The notes under the pieces were generated by a model that was not told where the DNA came from, searched no databases, and was given only the letters and a program-made list of their open reading frames with translations. A stretch of 64,000 nt of DNA from an uncultured Chloroflexia bacterium (GTDB lineage Bacteria; Chloroflexota; Limnocylindria; Limnocylindrales; CSP1-4): positions 615,637 through 679,636 of the forward strand of contig CAWCVO010000002.1 in NCBI GenBank assembly GCA_963798955.1. Direction: 5' to 3'. Every line of letters starts with the position of its first letter. Position 1 is the stretch's first letter. A program made the position numbers and the translations under genes. Below, piece after piece: positions 47,578-57,575 of the stretch.

Positions 47578-47895
47578 ATGGCGACATGGCAGTGCCCCAA
47601 CTGCCGCACGGTTCAGAACGACTCGGCCGAGTGCTTCCTGTGTCGCAGGTCCGCCACCAGTTGCGGTACCTGCGCCCACTTCCGGCCCTCTTTCGTCAAC
47701 GGCCTGGGCTATTGCGCGCAGCATGCCGCGCGCGAACCGCTGCGCGGCGACGAACGACGCGCGTGCTGGACGGCGACCACGGAACTGCCCTCTGAGGATC
47801 CCTTCATCCTGCCCGGCTCGTCGGCTACGACGCGTGGGCTATTGCTGCTGTCGCCGGCCCCAACGGTTCCGCCGAGGGTGCTCAGCGAAGGTTGA
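47578..47895 (+). CDS. small Cys-rich (zinc-ribbon-like) protein, hypothetical
   Basis: MATWQCPNCRTVQNDSAECFLCRRSATSCGTCAHF...GYCAQH. It has two CxxC pairs and lies immediately downstream of pknB. Confidence 0.4.
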   Translation: MATWQCPNCRTVQNDSAECFLCRRSATSCGTCAHFRPSFVNGLGYCAQHAAREPLRGDERRACWTATTELPSEDPFILPGSSATTRGLLLLSPAPTVPPRVLSEG

Positions 47896-48770
47896 ACGAG
47901 GTCTGCGTGCTGAGCTCATTGCCCGACGGGAGTTCGGCGCTGACCGTCACCAGCCACTGACCGACGGCCAGTCCGTCATTGCGAATGACCACGTTCGCCC
48001 AGCTGGCGTTGCCATGGACTGCGGTGGTCGCGTAGGTGATCGTCGGTGCGCGTGGTGGCGAGACGCTGAAGATGACCTGCACGCCGTCGGCCGGTGCCCC
48101 GAGGTCATCGGTGATCGATGCGCTCAGGTGGAGTCGCTGGGGCAGCGAGGCCAGGTCGATGCCCGTCGGGTCGATGGACAGTGAGATGCTCGCCGCGCTC
48201 GCGGTCCGCACGATGTCGACCCGATCACGGCCGACGTTGCCGCTCGCGTCGGTGCTCTTGAGCGGCCAGCCAGTTGTGGCCGACCTGGAGCGGGATGTCG
48301 GCCGCAAAACGTCCATCGGGGTCGACCTGTGCCGGCAGGTGCTCGTTCGATGCCTCGTCGAGGACGTCGATGTCCGCGCCGGCCTCGGTCGTGCCGCGCA
48401 GGGTGACGCTGCTGGTGTAGATCGTCGCGCCGGCGGCCGGCTCGGTCACGCTGATGACCGGCGCGCGTTGGTCGGCTGTGGCCGATGGCGCCATGGTGAG
48501 GGACAGAGCGGGCGCCTGCGATGCGCTGGGCGACGCGGTGTGCACCTCGCGCACGCGCTGGTCCTGGAGCGAGGCGCCGGCAATGGCAATCGAGACACCA
48601 CCGAGCAACAGCAGAAGAACGGCCGTGACAGCTATCCGCCGGGACCAGTTCGTGCGCCGGGCGAAGCGGCCCCGGGTGGGGCGGGCACCGTCGCGGCGGG
48701 TCGGTCGCGCGCCATTGCGGCGTGGACTGCGGGACGACCTCGCACCACCCCCGTTGCCCGTACGCGCCAC
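47882..48770 (-). CDS. membrane-anchored protein with bacterial Ig-like domains; apparent frameshift near 48225-48316
   Basis: N-terminal TM (IAVTAVLLLLLGGVSIAIAGA), an Ig-like segment (PVISVTEPAAGATIYTSSVTLRGTTEAGADIDVL...), and the C-terminal part in another frame (VDIVRTASAASISLSIDPTG...VQVIFSVSPPRAPTITYATTAVHGNASW). Confidence 0.55.
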
Positions 48771-48987
48771 GGTCCGATTGTGGCAGGCTCACCGCGTACG
48801 TGCGGGCCCGCCCGGGCATCGGGCGTGTACGCTAGATCGGGCGCGGCCCACGGGGAGCGCCAGCATGGGAGGTTGATTGGACCAGTCGCGCAAGCCGCCT
48901 GCGCCCGCACGGGACGTCCTCAACGGTCGCCCGGCACCGCCGGCACCGCCGCGTCGCCCGATCAGCCGCGTGCAGGGCAACCTGCTC

Positions 48988-49272
48988 ATGCGCCGGCCGC
49001 CCGAGACGGTGGGTCAGCGGCCACCGCTGCTGCCTTTCGGGTTGCCCAACCTGCGCCGCAACGTGTGCCCGCACTTCTACATGACCGGCCCGCGCGGGCC
49101 AATCCCGATCACCGCCCCGCACCTGCTCAAGGCACTCATGCGCCAGGAGATCAACGTCGCGCGTTGCCAGCTGCGCGGCGGCGTGCACCTGGAGCAGGGC
49201 TACGTTTCCGACATCTGCCTGTCGCCCCGCTTCAATCAGTGCGTCTTCTACGAGGACGAGCTCAACGCGTAA
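48988..49272 (+). CDS. small hypothetical protein upstream of folC
   Basis: MRRPPETVGQRPPLLPFGLPNLRRNVCPHFYMTGPRGPIPITAPHLLKALMRQEINVARCQL...; start uncertain (the track ORF starts at 48877). Confidence 0.35.
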   Translation: MRRPPETVGQRPPLLPFGLPNLRRNVCPHFYMTGPRGPIPITAPHLLKALMRQEINVARCQLRGGVHLEQGYVSDICLSPRFNQCVFYEDELNA

Positions 49273-49282
49273 CGGCTGAAGC

Positions 49283-50617
49283 GTGATCGCTGCACCACTC
49301 GAGCCCGAATCGGAAGCGCCGTATCAAGCCGTGCTGGAACGGCTGCACGGCCGCGGCCGGTTTGGGGTTCGCCTGGGACTGGCACGTATTCGTGCCCTCT
49401 TACGCGGCCTGGGCAACCCGGAGCGCGACCTGCGTGGAGTGCTGGTGGGCGGCACCAACGGCAAGGGCAGCGTCCAGGCGCTGGTCGCGGCCGCCGTGTC
49501 CCAGGCCGGCTACCTGACCGGGCAGATGCCCAGTCCGCACCTGGGCAGCTATCGCGAACGGATCACCGTCGGCGGCCAGCCGATCTCACGCGAGGAGTTC
49601 ACCGACCTGCTCACCGAGGTGCTCGACGTGGCCGAGAAGATCGCCCGGCGCGTGGGCCAGGCGACCGAGTTCGAGGCCCTCACCGCGGCCGCGTTCCTGC
49701 ACTTCGCGCGAGCCGCTGTCCAGGTGGGCGTGATCGAGGTGGGCATGGGCGGCCGCCTCGACGCCACCAATGCCTGGCAGGGCGGTGTCAGCGCGATAAC
49801 CAACGTGGCGCTTGACCACATGGAGTACCTGGGGTCGACCGTGGCTGCGATTGCCACGGAAAAGTCACACATCATCAAGCGTGGCGACGCGGCGGCGCTG
49901 ACCGGCGCGCAGGGCGTGGCGCTGGGCGTCATCAGGGCGCGTGCCCACCGCGTCCACGTGCCTCTCGCCGAGGTTGAAGCGTGGCCGGTCAGCGCACTTG
50001 AGCCACAGGGCATGCAGCTCCGCGCGCCCGACGGTGCGGCGCTGCGCATCGGCCTGCTCGGGCGCCACCAGGCGGCCAATGTCGCGCTCGCCGCGGCGAT
50101 CGTGGGTGCTCTGGGCGATGCAGGTATCGCGCAGGTCGGTGCAGAGCAGCTGGCGACCGGGCTCGAATCCGCGCGCTGGCCCGGTCGCCTCGAGTTGCTG
50201 CATCTGCCCGGTCGCCCGCCAATACTGCTCGACGGCGCCCATAACCCGAGTGGCGTGGCAGCGCTGGGAGCGGCGCTGCGCGAATTGCTGCCACAGTTCC
50301 GCGGCGGTCATCCGACGCTGCTGATCGGCATGCTCGCCAACCACTGGCAGCCCGAGATGCTCGAGCCACTGGCCACGGCCATGCCCGGAGCCACGATCGT
50401 CGCGACGCGCGTGCCGGGTGCCACGAATTCCCTGGAACCGGCCCGCCTGGCAGCTGAGTGGGGCGCCGGGGCGGCGACTCTGGGCGATCCGGACCAGGCG
50501 CTCGACAGCGCACTGGAGGTCGCTTCGCGCGCGGGCGGCCTGCTGGTGGTGTGCGGCTCGCTGTACCTTGTCGGCCACGTCCGCGGCCGGTTGATGGCCG
50601 GCTCGCTGACCGACTGA
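49283..50617 (+). CDS. folC: bifunctional folylpolyglutamate synthase / dihydrofolate synthase
   Basis: VLVGGTNGKGSV (P-loop), Mur-ligase-family middle and C-terminal domains; 444 aa. Confidence 0.9.
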   Translation: MIAAPLEPESEAPYQAVLERLHGRGRFGVRLGLARIRALLRGLGNPERDLRGVLVGGTNGKGSVQALVAAAVSQAGYLTGQMPSPHLGSYRERITVGGQPISREEFTDLLTEVLDVAEKIARRVGQATEFEALTAAAFLHFARAAVQVGVIEVGMGGRLDATNAWQGGVSAITNVALDHMEYLGSTVAAIATEKSHIIKRGDAAALTGAQGVALGVIRARAHRVHVPLAEVEAWPVSALEPQGMQLRAPDGAALRIGLLGRHQAANVALAAAIVGALGDAGIAQVGAEQLATGLESARWPGRLELLHLPGRPPILLDGAHNPSGVAALGAALRELLPQFRGGHPTLLIGMLANHWQPEMLEPLATAMPGATIVATRVPGATNSLEPARLAAEWGAGAATLGDPDQALDSALEVASRAGGLLVVCGSLYLVGHVRGRLMAGSLTD

Positions 50618-50626
50618 GGAGCGACA

Positions 50627-51547
50627 TTGGACGCGACGCCATCGGTACACCTGCCCCGCGGCGCCGGCCCGGGCATTGCCGCGCGGCCGCCGGCGCCGCT
50701 GACCATCGGAGGCCAGACCTTCACGTGGGGCAGCCGAACCTTCGTGATGGGCGTGATCAACGTCACACCGGATTCGTTTTCCGGTGACGGGTTGCTGCGG
50801 GGCGAATCGGACGCCGATGTGGTCGCGCTGGCCGTCCGCCAAGCGCAGGCAATGGCTGCCGAGGGGGCCGACCTGCTCGACATCGGCGGACAGTCGACAC
50901 GTCCCGGACACGTCGAGGTCGCGCCCGACGAGGAGCTGGGCCGGGTGTTGCCGGTCCTGCGCGCCGTGCGCGCGGCGCTGCCGGACATGCCCATCAGCAT
51001 CGACACGACGCGCGTCGAAGTGGCTGGCCCGGCGCTCGACGCGGGGGCGAACCTGGTCAATGACGTGTGGGGCACCGGGTCGTCTCACGCGCTCGCGCGG
51101 CTGGCGGGCCACCACGGCGCACCGCTCGTGGTGATGCACAACCGCGAGCATGCGACCTACCGCAACGTGGTCGGCGAGGTACTGGCCGACCTGGGCCGGG
51201 CCATCGAGCGCGCCGTCGCCGCGGGGGTCGAATGGGAGCGACTCATCGTCGATCCGGGCATCGGCTTCGGAAAGACGGCCGACCAGAACCTCGTCCTGCT
51301 GCGTGAGCTGCCGGTCCTGACGACGCTGGGCCGGCCCATCCTGCTGGGCACCAGCCGCAAGTCGACCATCGGCAAGGTGCTCGACCTGCCGGCTGCAGAG
51401 CGCCTCGAGGGCACCCTCGCGACCACCGCACTGGGCATCGCCGCGGGCGTCGATATCGTGCGCGTCCACGACGTGCGCGAGAACGTCCGGGTCGCGCGCA
51501 TGGCCGACGCCATCGTGCGCGGCAATTGGCACGAGGCGGCGTCATGA
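50627..51547 (+). CDS. folP: dihydropteroate synthase
   Basis: FVMGVINVTPDSFSGDG...ADLLDIGGQSTRPG...ISIDTTR, pterin-binding (DHPS) domain. Confidence 0.92.
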   Translation: MDATPSVHLPRGAGPGIAARPPAPLTIGGQTFTWGSRTFVMGVINVTPDSFSGDGLLRGESDADVVALAVRQAQAMAAEGADLLDIGGQSTRPGHVEVAPDEELGRVLPVLRAVRAALPDMPISIDTTRVEVAGPALDAGANLVNDVWGTGSSHALARLAGHHGAPLVVMHNREHATYRNVVGEVLADLGRAIERAVAAGVEWERLIVDPGIGFGKTADQNLVLLRELPVLTTLGRPILLGTSRKSTIGKVLDLPAAERLEGTLATTALGIAAGVDIVRVHDVRENVRVARMADAIVRGNWHEAAS

Positions 51548-51909
51548 GCGACGCCATCTACCTGCGCGGCATGACTTTCGCGGGTCGCGTCGGAGTGAGC
51601 GAAGAGGAGAGGGCTGACCCGCAGGAGGTCCAGGTCGACGTCGAGTTGTGGCTCGACCTCGCCCCGGCCGGCCGCAGCGATGACCTGGCCCAGACGGTCG
51701 ACTATGCGGCCGTGTTCGAGATCACCCGGCGTGAGGTCGAGGAGACCAGCCATCAGTTGCTCGAGTCGATCGGCGAGGGCGTGGCAGGCAAGCTGCTGGC
51801 CGGCTTTCCCGCGGCGGCGCGAGTAGTGGTCGAGGTGCGCAAGCCGGGCGTGCCGATCGACGGGGTGCTCGAGTACGCGGCGGTGAGGATCGATCGAACG
51901 CGGCCCTGA
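51544..51909 (+). CDS. folB: dihydroneopterin aldolase
   Basis: MSDAIYLRGMTFAGRVGVSEEERADPQEVQVDVELWLD...VDYAAVFEI..., FolB family; ATGA overlap with folP. Confidence 0.88.
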   Translation: MSDAIYLRGMTFAGRVGVSEEERADPQEVQVDVELWLDLAPAGRSDDLAQTVDYAAVFEITRREVEETSHQLLESIGEGVAGKLLAGFPAAARVVVEVRKPGVPIDGVLEYAAVRIDRTRP

Positions 51910-51928
51910 GACGCGCGCCGCCGTGCGG

Positions 51929-53278
51929 CTATTGAAACCCGCTGGGCCTCGTCCCGAGCGTCAGCGACAGCTGGATCGTCGCTCCGTTGCGCAGCACGTC
52001 GAGCGTGATCGTGTCGCCGGGCTTGTACATGCTCAAAATGTCGTCCAGGCCCGCTCCGGCATCGATGCGGTGGCCGCCGATGGCGGTGATGATGTCGCCC
52101 TGTTGTAGGCCTGCGGCAGCGGCCGGACTGCCGGACATGACCGGCGAGCTCCCGTCGCCCAACGGCGCGAGCCACGCGCCATAGTCGATGGGCAGTTTGT
52201 TCTGGTCGGCCGTGGACCGATCGACGGGCACGTAATTGATGCCGAGCCACGGGCGGGTGAGCGGTTGGCCGGCGAGTGCCTCCTCCATGATCGGCTTGGC
52301 GATGTTGATCGGGATGGCAAAGCCGATGCCCTGCGCGTTGCCGGCCAGCGCGGTGTTGACGCCGATGACCTGGGCGTCGGAGTCGACCAGTGGTCCGCCA
52401 CTGTTGCCCGGGTTGATTGCCGCGTCGGTCTGGATCAGGTTGTGCAGGCTCTCCTGTTGGCCGGAGACGGGGTCGCTCACCACCAGCGAGCGGCCCGTGG
52501 CGGAGATGACGCCCGACGTCACGCTGTTCGTGAACGTCCCCAGCGGGCTGCCGATGGCAATCGACAGCTGGCCCGGCTTGAGGTTGCCCGAATCACCAAT
52601 GGCCGCGACCGGCAGCCCGGTCTTGTCGACCTTGACGATGGCCAGGTCGGTGAGCGTGTCGATGCCATACACCTGGCCCGTCAGCTGGCTGCCGTCCTGG
52701 AGCTGGACGCTGACCTGGGTGGCATCGGCAACCACGTGGTGGTTGGTGAGGATCCAGCCGTCCGCCGAAAACACGAATCCCGAACCCACGCCGGTCGAGG
52801 GCAGGGAGAAGGGATCGGTTGTCTGCCCCAGTTGAGTGGTGATCGTGACGACCGCCGGGCTGATCACCTCTGCCGCGTGCGTGACGGCGGTCTGTTCGTC
52901 GATCACGACGCTTCCCGGCGAGGGTGCCGGCCCGTTCGACACGATCGCCAGCGGCGTAGATGACGGGCTGGGACTCGCCACGCCGACGATGGCGATGGGC
53001 GGCGCGACCTGGCCGGCGGCGATGAGCGCGGTGTAGGTCAGACCAGAGCCGAACATGCTGGCCAGCAGTGCAACCACGAACAGGGCGACCAAAGAATGGC
53101 TGCCGGCGCTCGTGGTGCGCACCGCCGGCGCGGTGGGTGGCTGGTTGGCCATGGGCTCGAACCAGTGCTCGGGGGTATGCGTCCACGTCCGACCGGCCCA
53201 GCCGGATTGATCGTCGGCGGGCGGCGTGTAACGGGCCGTTGGCTGATCGTAGGGAGAGTCGGTGGTGTCGTCGGTCAC
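51929..53278 (-). CDS. HtrA/DegP-family serine protease with PDZ domain (PepD-like)
   Basis: N-terminal TM, trypsin-like domain (GSGFVFSADGWILTNHHVV...DLAIVKV...GNSGGPLVD), C-terminal PDZ (GLQQGDIITAIGGHRI). Confidence 0.9.
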   Translation of the reverse strand: MTDDTTDSPYDQPTARYTPPADDQSGWAGRTWTHTPEHWFEPMANQPPTAPAVRTTSAGSHSLVALFVVALLASMFGSGLTYTALIAAGQVAPPIAIVGVASPSPSSTPLAIVSNGPAPSPGSVVIDEQTAVTHAAEVISPAVVTITTQLGQTTDPFSLPSTGVGSGFVFSADGWILTNHHVVADATQVSVQLQDGSQLTGQVYGIDTLTDLAIVKVDKTGLPVAAIGDSGNLKPGQLSIAIGSPLGTFTNSVTSGVISATGRSLVVSDPVSGQQESLHNLIQTDAAINPGNSGGPLVDSDAQVIGVNTALAGNAQGIGFAIPINIAKPIMEEALAGQPLTRPWLGINYVPVDRSTADQNKLPIDYGAWLAPLGDGSSPVMSGSPAAAAGLQQGDIITAIGGHRIDAGAGLDDILSMYKPGDTITLDVLRNGATIQLSLTLGTRPSGFQ

Positions 53279-53307
53279 GCGGACCTACAGAGTGACATGT
53301 CGGGCGT

Positions 53308-54853
53308 TCAAGCAGGGACAGCAGCGGGTGAAGAAACGGACATGTCGCGGGGCAACGTCACGGTGACTTCAGTGCCCCTCCCAGGCGCGCTCTCGACCGT
53401 GATGCGGCCCGCGTGCATCTCGACGATCGACTTCACGATGGACAGGCCCAGTCCGCTCCCCGCGGCGCGCGACTCGTGCGCCGACGCTCCGCGGTAGAAG
53501 CGCTCGAAAACGTGGGGCAGCTCCCTGGGGTCGATGCCGACTCCGCTGTCGCGTACGCGCACGGCCGCGCCGGCCGACGTGGCCTCGAGTCGGACGTCGA
53601 CGCGACCGCCGGCGGGGGTGAACTTGATGGCATTGCCGATCAGGTTGCTGAGCACCTGGCCGATGCGCTGTGGATCGTGTCGCTGGCGGAGCGGCTCGTC
53701 GGGGACGCTCGCGGTCAGCGCGACGCCTTTGCGCTGCGCGCTGGGCTGCGCCTGCGCGACGGCGCTCTCGATCACGGCACGCAGGTCGTCGGGCCGCAGG
53801 TCGAGCAGCACCAGCCCGGAGTCGAGTTTCGACAGTTCGAGCAGGTTGGTTGCCAGCCAATCGAGACGCTCGATCTGTTGGCGGCTCTGCTCCATGAACT
53901 CGTGCCGAGTCTCCTCGTCCTTGACCGCGCCATCGCTCAGCAGCTCGTTGAAAGTGCGCAACGCCGCGATCGGCGTGCGCAGCTCGTGCGACACGTCGGC
54001 CAGGAATTCGCGGCTGCGGTCGCGGTCGCGACGCACTGTCTCAATCGAGCTCTCCAACCGTTCGGCCATGGCATTGAAGGCCTGGGTGAGCTCGGCGACC
54101 TCCGGCGGCCCGCCCGGTCCGACGCGCACATCGAGGCGCCCTTCGGAAAGTTCCCTGGCGGCGCTGGTGAGGTGCCTGATCGGGCCGCGCCAGTCGATTC
54201 GCAATCAGAATCGAGATGATCACCGCGGCTATCAGGGCGAGCAAGGCGCCGATGATCATCACGCCGACAATGGCTTCGAGCGTCTGGGCGCGATATGTGA
54301 AGGGATTGGAAAGGGTGACGGTGACCTGCCGCTGAGGTGCCCCGGCCGGCGATTGCGACCAGAAACTGTCAGGGACCGAAAAGGTTGTCTCCCTGGAGAG
54401 GTTCTCACGCTGCTGACCAGCCAGGGCGAGATCGTTGGGAAAGACTGCAGTGCTCTGGTAAACGATCTGGTCTGGATGGCTAGCGTCCGTTGCGATCCTG
54501 ATCGTGATGTCGGCGCGGGCGATGGGCAGTAGGTCGTTGATGAACTCTGAATCGGGTGCGAAATCTTCGCGGACGTCGGCGGCGATCGTCGGGGGGTTGG
54601 TGGCCATCACGATCGGTTTGGGCGTAGGGCCAAACGCGAACCCAGCCAGCTCCCGTGCGACCGAAATCTGCACCTGACCCACTCGTGTCTGCAGGTCATC
54701 GGTGGACTGTTTGGCGAAGTACCCATCGAGCAGGCGTGGGACCGACACGAACACCAGGATCAGGGCGATCGATACCACGGCCAGGAAGCCGATGATCAGC
54801 CGCACGCGCAGGCTGGTTTCGATGCGCGGTACGGGTGGCCTCAATGCGGCCAT
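53308..54853 (-). CDS. sensor histidine kinase (MprB-like); apparent 1-nt frameshift near 54180-54186
   Basis: N-terminal 2 TM plus HAMP in one frame (…IANRLARP). HAMP continuation, HisKA (VSHELRTPIAAL) and HATPase_c (GSGLGLSIVKSIVEMHAGRI) in the adjacent frame. The junction lies in a CCC run. Confidence 0.8.
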
Positions 54854-54865
54854 ACCGACCCTCCC

Positions 54866-55570
54866 TCAGCGTTCGGCGAAGGCGTAGCCCGCGCCGCGAA
54901 TGGTCAGGATGAAGGCCGGCTCGGCCGGGTCGTCCTCGAGCTTCTCGCGCAGGTGGCTGACGTGGACATTGATCGTCTTTTCGTCCTGGTCGAGCGCCTC
55001 GTAGTCGCGCACCAGCTCGAGCAGCTCGCGGCGGCTGAAGACGCGCCCGGGCCGCGACGCGAGGTGGCGCAGGATTTCAAACTCGGTGGCGGTCAGGCTG
55101 ATGCGTCGCTCGCCGCGTTGCACGCGCCGGCGATCGAGGTCGATGAGCAGGTCGTGGTGACGGATGACGCGTCCCCCGGCTGCATCGGCGAGGTCGCCAT
55201 AGGCCCGCCGCAGGAGAGCCTTGATGCGGCTCATCAGTTCGCGCAGGCCGAACGGCTTGGTCAGGTAGTCATCGGCGCCGAGCTCGAGCCCGATGACCTT
55301 GTCCATCTCCTCGTCGCGCGCCGTCAGGAAGAGCACCGGCGCCTTGCTGCCTTCGGCCCGTAGCCGGCGGAGTACCTCGAAGCCGTCGATGCCCGGCAGG
55401 CGCACGTCGAGGATGATCAGATCAGGTGCGCTGCGCACGCCGACCTCGAGGCCCTCCTCGCCATTGCGCGCCACGGTGACCTCGTAGCCCTCCTGTTGCA
55501 GGGCGTACTGGATGCCCCGCGCAACCGCGTATTCGTCTTCGACGATCAGGATCGAGGCTGCCATCAGCAC
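54866..55570 (-). CDS. OmpR-family response regulator (MprA-like)
   Basis: ILIVEDEYAVARGI...LIILDVRLPGIDG (receiver domain) plus a C-terminal winged helix (RRVQRGERRISLTATEFEILRHL). Confidence 0.92.
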   Translation of the reverse strand: MLMAASILIVEDEYAVARGIQYALQQEGYEVTVARNGEEGLEVGVRSAPDLIILDVRLPGIDGFEVLRRLRAEGSKAPVLFLTARDEEMDKVIGLELGADDYLTKPFGLRELMSRIKALLRRAYGDLADAAGGRVIRHHDLLIDLDRRRVQRGERRISLTATEFEILRHLASRPGRVFSRRELLELVRDYEALDQDEKTINVHVSHLREKLEDDPAEPAFILTIRGAGYAFAER

Positions 55571-55591
55571 TGATCGTACAATCAGCCGACT

Positions 55592-56278
55592 ATGAGTCGT
55601 CCTTCACTCACCGTGCGCGAGCGCAGCGTGCACGGTAAGCATGTTGCCCACCTGCGCCGCGAGGGCATTCTGCCGGGCGTTGTCTACGGTCCCGGCCAGC
55701 CCTCTCAGCCGATCGAATTCGACGCGCACGACTTCGAGTTGCTGCACCGAGTCGCCGGCCGCAACGCGGTCGTCGACCTGCACCTCGACGGCGGCAAGCC
55801 GCAGCCGGTGCTGCTGCAGGCCATCCAGGAGCACCCCGTTACGCGTCGACCGCTGCACGTCGACTTCCTCGTTGTGAACATGGAGGAGGAGCGCACGGTC
55901 GAGGTTCCGGTCGTGGCCGTCGGCCACTCCGAGGCGATCGACCGCCTGGGCGGCATCCTGCTGCACCTGCGTGATGCCGTCCAGGTCCGCGCGAAGCCAG
56001 CTGATCTGCCATCGACCATCGAGCTGGACGTCACGCCGCTGGTCGATTTCGAGGCGGTCGTCCATGCCTCAGACCTGAGCATGCCGCCGGGGGTCACGCT
56101 GATCACTCCGCTCGAAGAGGCCCTGCTCCGCGTGCAGCCGCCGCGACGCGAGGAAGTCATCGCGCCGCCTGTGGCCGAGGAGCTCGAAGGTGGCGCTGAA
56201 GCTGCCGAGGGTGCGCCCGAGGCCGGGCCGGTCGGCGAAGGCGCCGCGGAGGAGTCAACGCCCGCCGGCGAGGAGTAG
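55592..56278 (+). CDS. rplY: 50S ribosomal protein L25 / general stress protein Ctc
   Basis: LTVRERSVHGKHVAHLRREGILPGVVYGPGQPSQPIEFD... and an acidic C-terminal tail typical of Ctc-form L25. Confidence 0.9.
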   Translation: MSRPSLTVRERSVHGKHVAHLRREGILPGVVYGPGQPSQPIEFDAHDFELLHRVAGRNAVVDLHLDGGKPQPVLLQAIQEHPVTRRPLHVDFLVVNMEEERTVEVPVVAVGHSEAIDRLGGILLHLRDAVQVRAKPADLPSTIELDVTPLVDFEAVVHASDLSMPPGVTLITPLEEALLRVQPPRREEVIAPPVAEELEGGAEAAEGAPEAGPVGEGAAEESTPAGEE

Positions 56279-56490
56279 TTGTCGGGCCAGTCTCCAGGAG
56301 GCGGCCTCGCGGACTCCGTATCCGGAGCGAAGGGACCGTAGAGGGTTCCGTTTCAACCCGGATGCGCCCGGGAACCGATCGCGGCTAAGTTGCGTATTAC
56401 ACGTTGCTTGCCGAGCATCCCTCTCCTCGGCGCACGTTCGAGGCCGGGTCCGCAGCGCTGGGGCGCGCACCCGGCCTCGCGCTTCTAGCA

Positions 56491-57275
56491 TCCGTTTCGT
56501 GGGCAACGGCCGGACCGTCCGAATAGCCGCGCTCGCGGTCATCGTCGTAGCCGCGCTCGCCATCACCTACGGGGTCATGGCCTTCCTTGCGTCGCCGCAG
56601 CGAACGACGCCGATCTACGACCCGCCGGTCCTGGCCGGGCAGCCGGTGTGGGGCTACTGCTCGGGCGGCGTCTACGCGCGCCTGGGCTCGGAAATCGTGC
56701 TTACCTCGGCGGCCCATTGCGCCAGTGAGGGCATGGTGGCCACCGATCCGGATGGCACGGGCGTCCGCGGCGTCTTCGGTCCCGCCGCGCGCGACGCGAC
56801 GTGCCCGTATCCCGATCACACCTGCGCGGCGTCGGACATGAACTACCTGGTGGTGGCTGCAGATCGGATCCCGTGGGGGCACCTCAACGAGATCGACATG
56901 GGCACCGGCGGGTACCGAACGATTGCGGCCGGCATGCAGGCGCTCTCGTGCGCGGACGTGCAGGTCGGCGATCCGGTCGAGATCGACGGGCGCGGCGTGT
57001 TCCGCAGCGGGCACGTGGTCGAGAAGGGCGACAACCTCAAGCCGGCAGCACAGGACTCCGTCTACTTCCCGTGCATGATCGCGACCGACATCAGCGTAGT
57101 GGTCGGAGATTCGGGCGGCGTGGTCCTGGTGCGTGGCATCCCGGGCGGCGCTTCATCGCGCAGTTTCGCCGGTGACCTGGGCTTCACGCCGCTCGCAGAA
57201 GGGCTGGCCGAACTTGGGCTCACGTTGTGCGACACAGCGGACTGCGGGCTGATGCCGCCGTCCACGCAGCAGTGA
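56491..57275 (+). CDS. secreted trypsin-like (S1 family) serine protease
   Basis: TM/signal (RIAALAVIVVAALAITYGVMAFLA), LTSAAHC (catalytic His) and GDSGGVV (catalytic Ser). The start is uncertain; the track ORF begins at 56190 but lacks a plausible N-terminus. Confidence 0.7.
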
Positions 57276-57332
57276 CGAAGCGCCGGAACAGGCTCTTCCC
57301 GATCAGTGTCGTGGTGAGGGGCGGAGAAGCTC

Positions 57333-57404
57333 CAGATGACGGCTGTCGCGTCGAGGGCATCGGACGGCTGATCGAGGTCCAGGACCGCGGCAACCAGCGG
57401 CCTG
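57333..57404 (-). pseudogene. remnant of the 3' end of an LpqC-like esterase gene (paralogue of 59158..60046)
   Basis: Minus-strand translation …QALRPLVAAVLDLDQPSDALDATA matches the C-terminus MNQVLADALDLDQPSDALDATA of the esterase at 59158. About 40/44 nt are identical between 57335-57378 and 59173-59216. Confidence 0.55.
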
Positions 57405-57465
57405 AGGGCCTGAGGTCGCCTCGCTTGCCGCGCAAGGCGCTCGAGGGAGACGGCTAGATCGCATG

Positions 57466-57489
57466 TCATGAGTAGCCCGCTACTCATGA
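57466..57489. promoter_or_regulatory. perfect palindrome TCATGAGTAG-cccg-CTACTCATGA (candidate operator) upstream of lipoprotein gene A
   Basis: 10-4-10 perfect inverted repeat about 87 nt upstream of the start at 57576. A second copy is found at 58258. Confidence 0.6.
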
Positions 57490-57575
57490 CGGTTCTCCTA
57501 GGCGGTGCGTCAATTGCCCCGCTCGGGTGATCGCGACAGGTGTGAACTCGCCCGCCACCGGAAGGGAGAACGTCA

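Noticed and set aside
56280-56490. Inverted repeat GAGGCCGGGT-N19-ACCCGGCCTC downstream of rplY as a terminator
   Set aside because: The loop is too long (19 nt) and there is no U-tract. It may be structural, but it is not a convincing intrinsic terminator.
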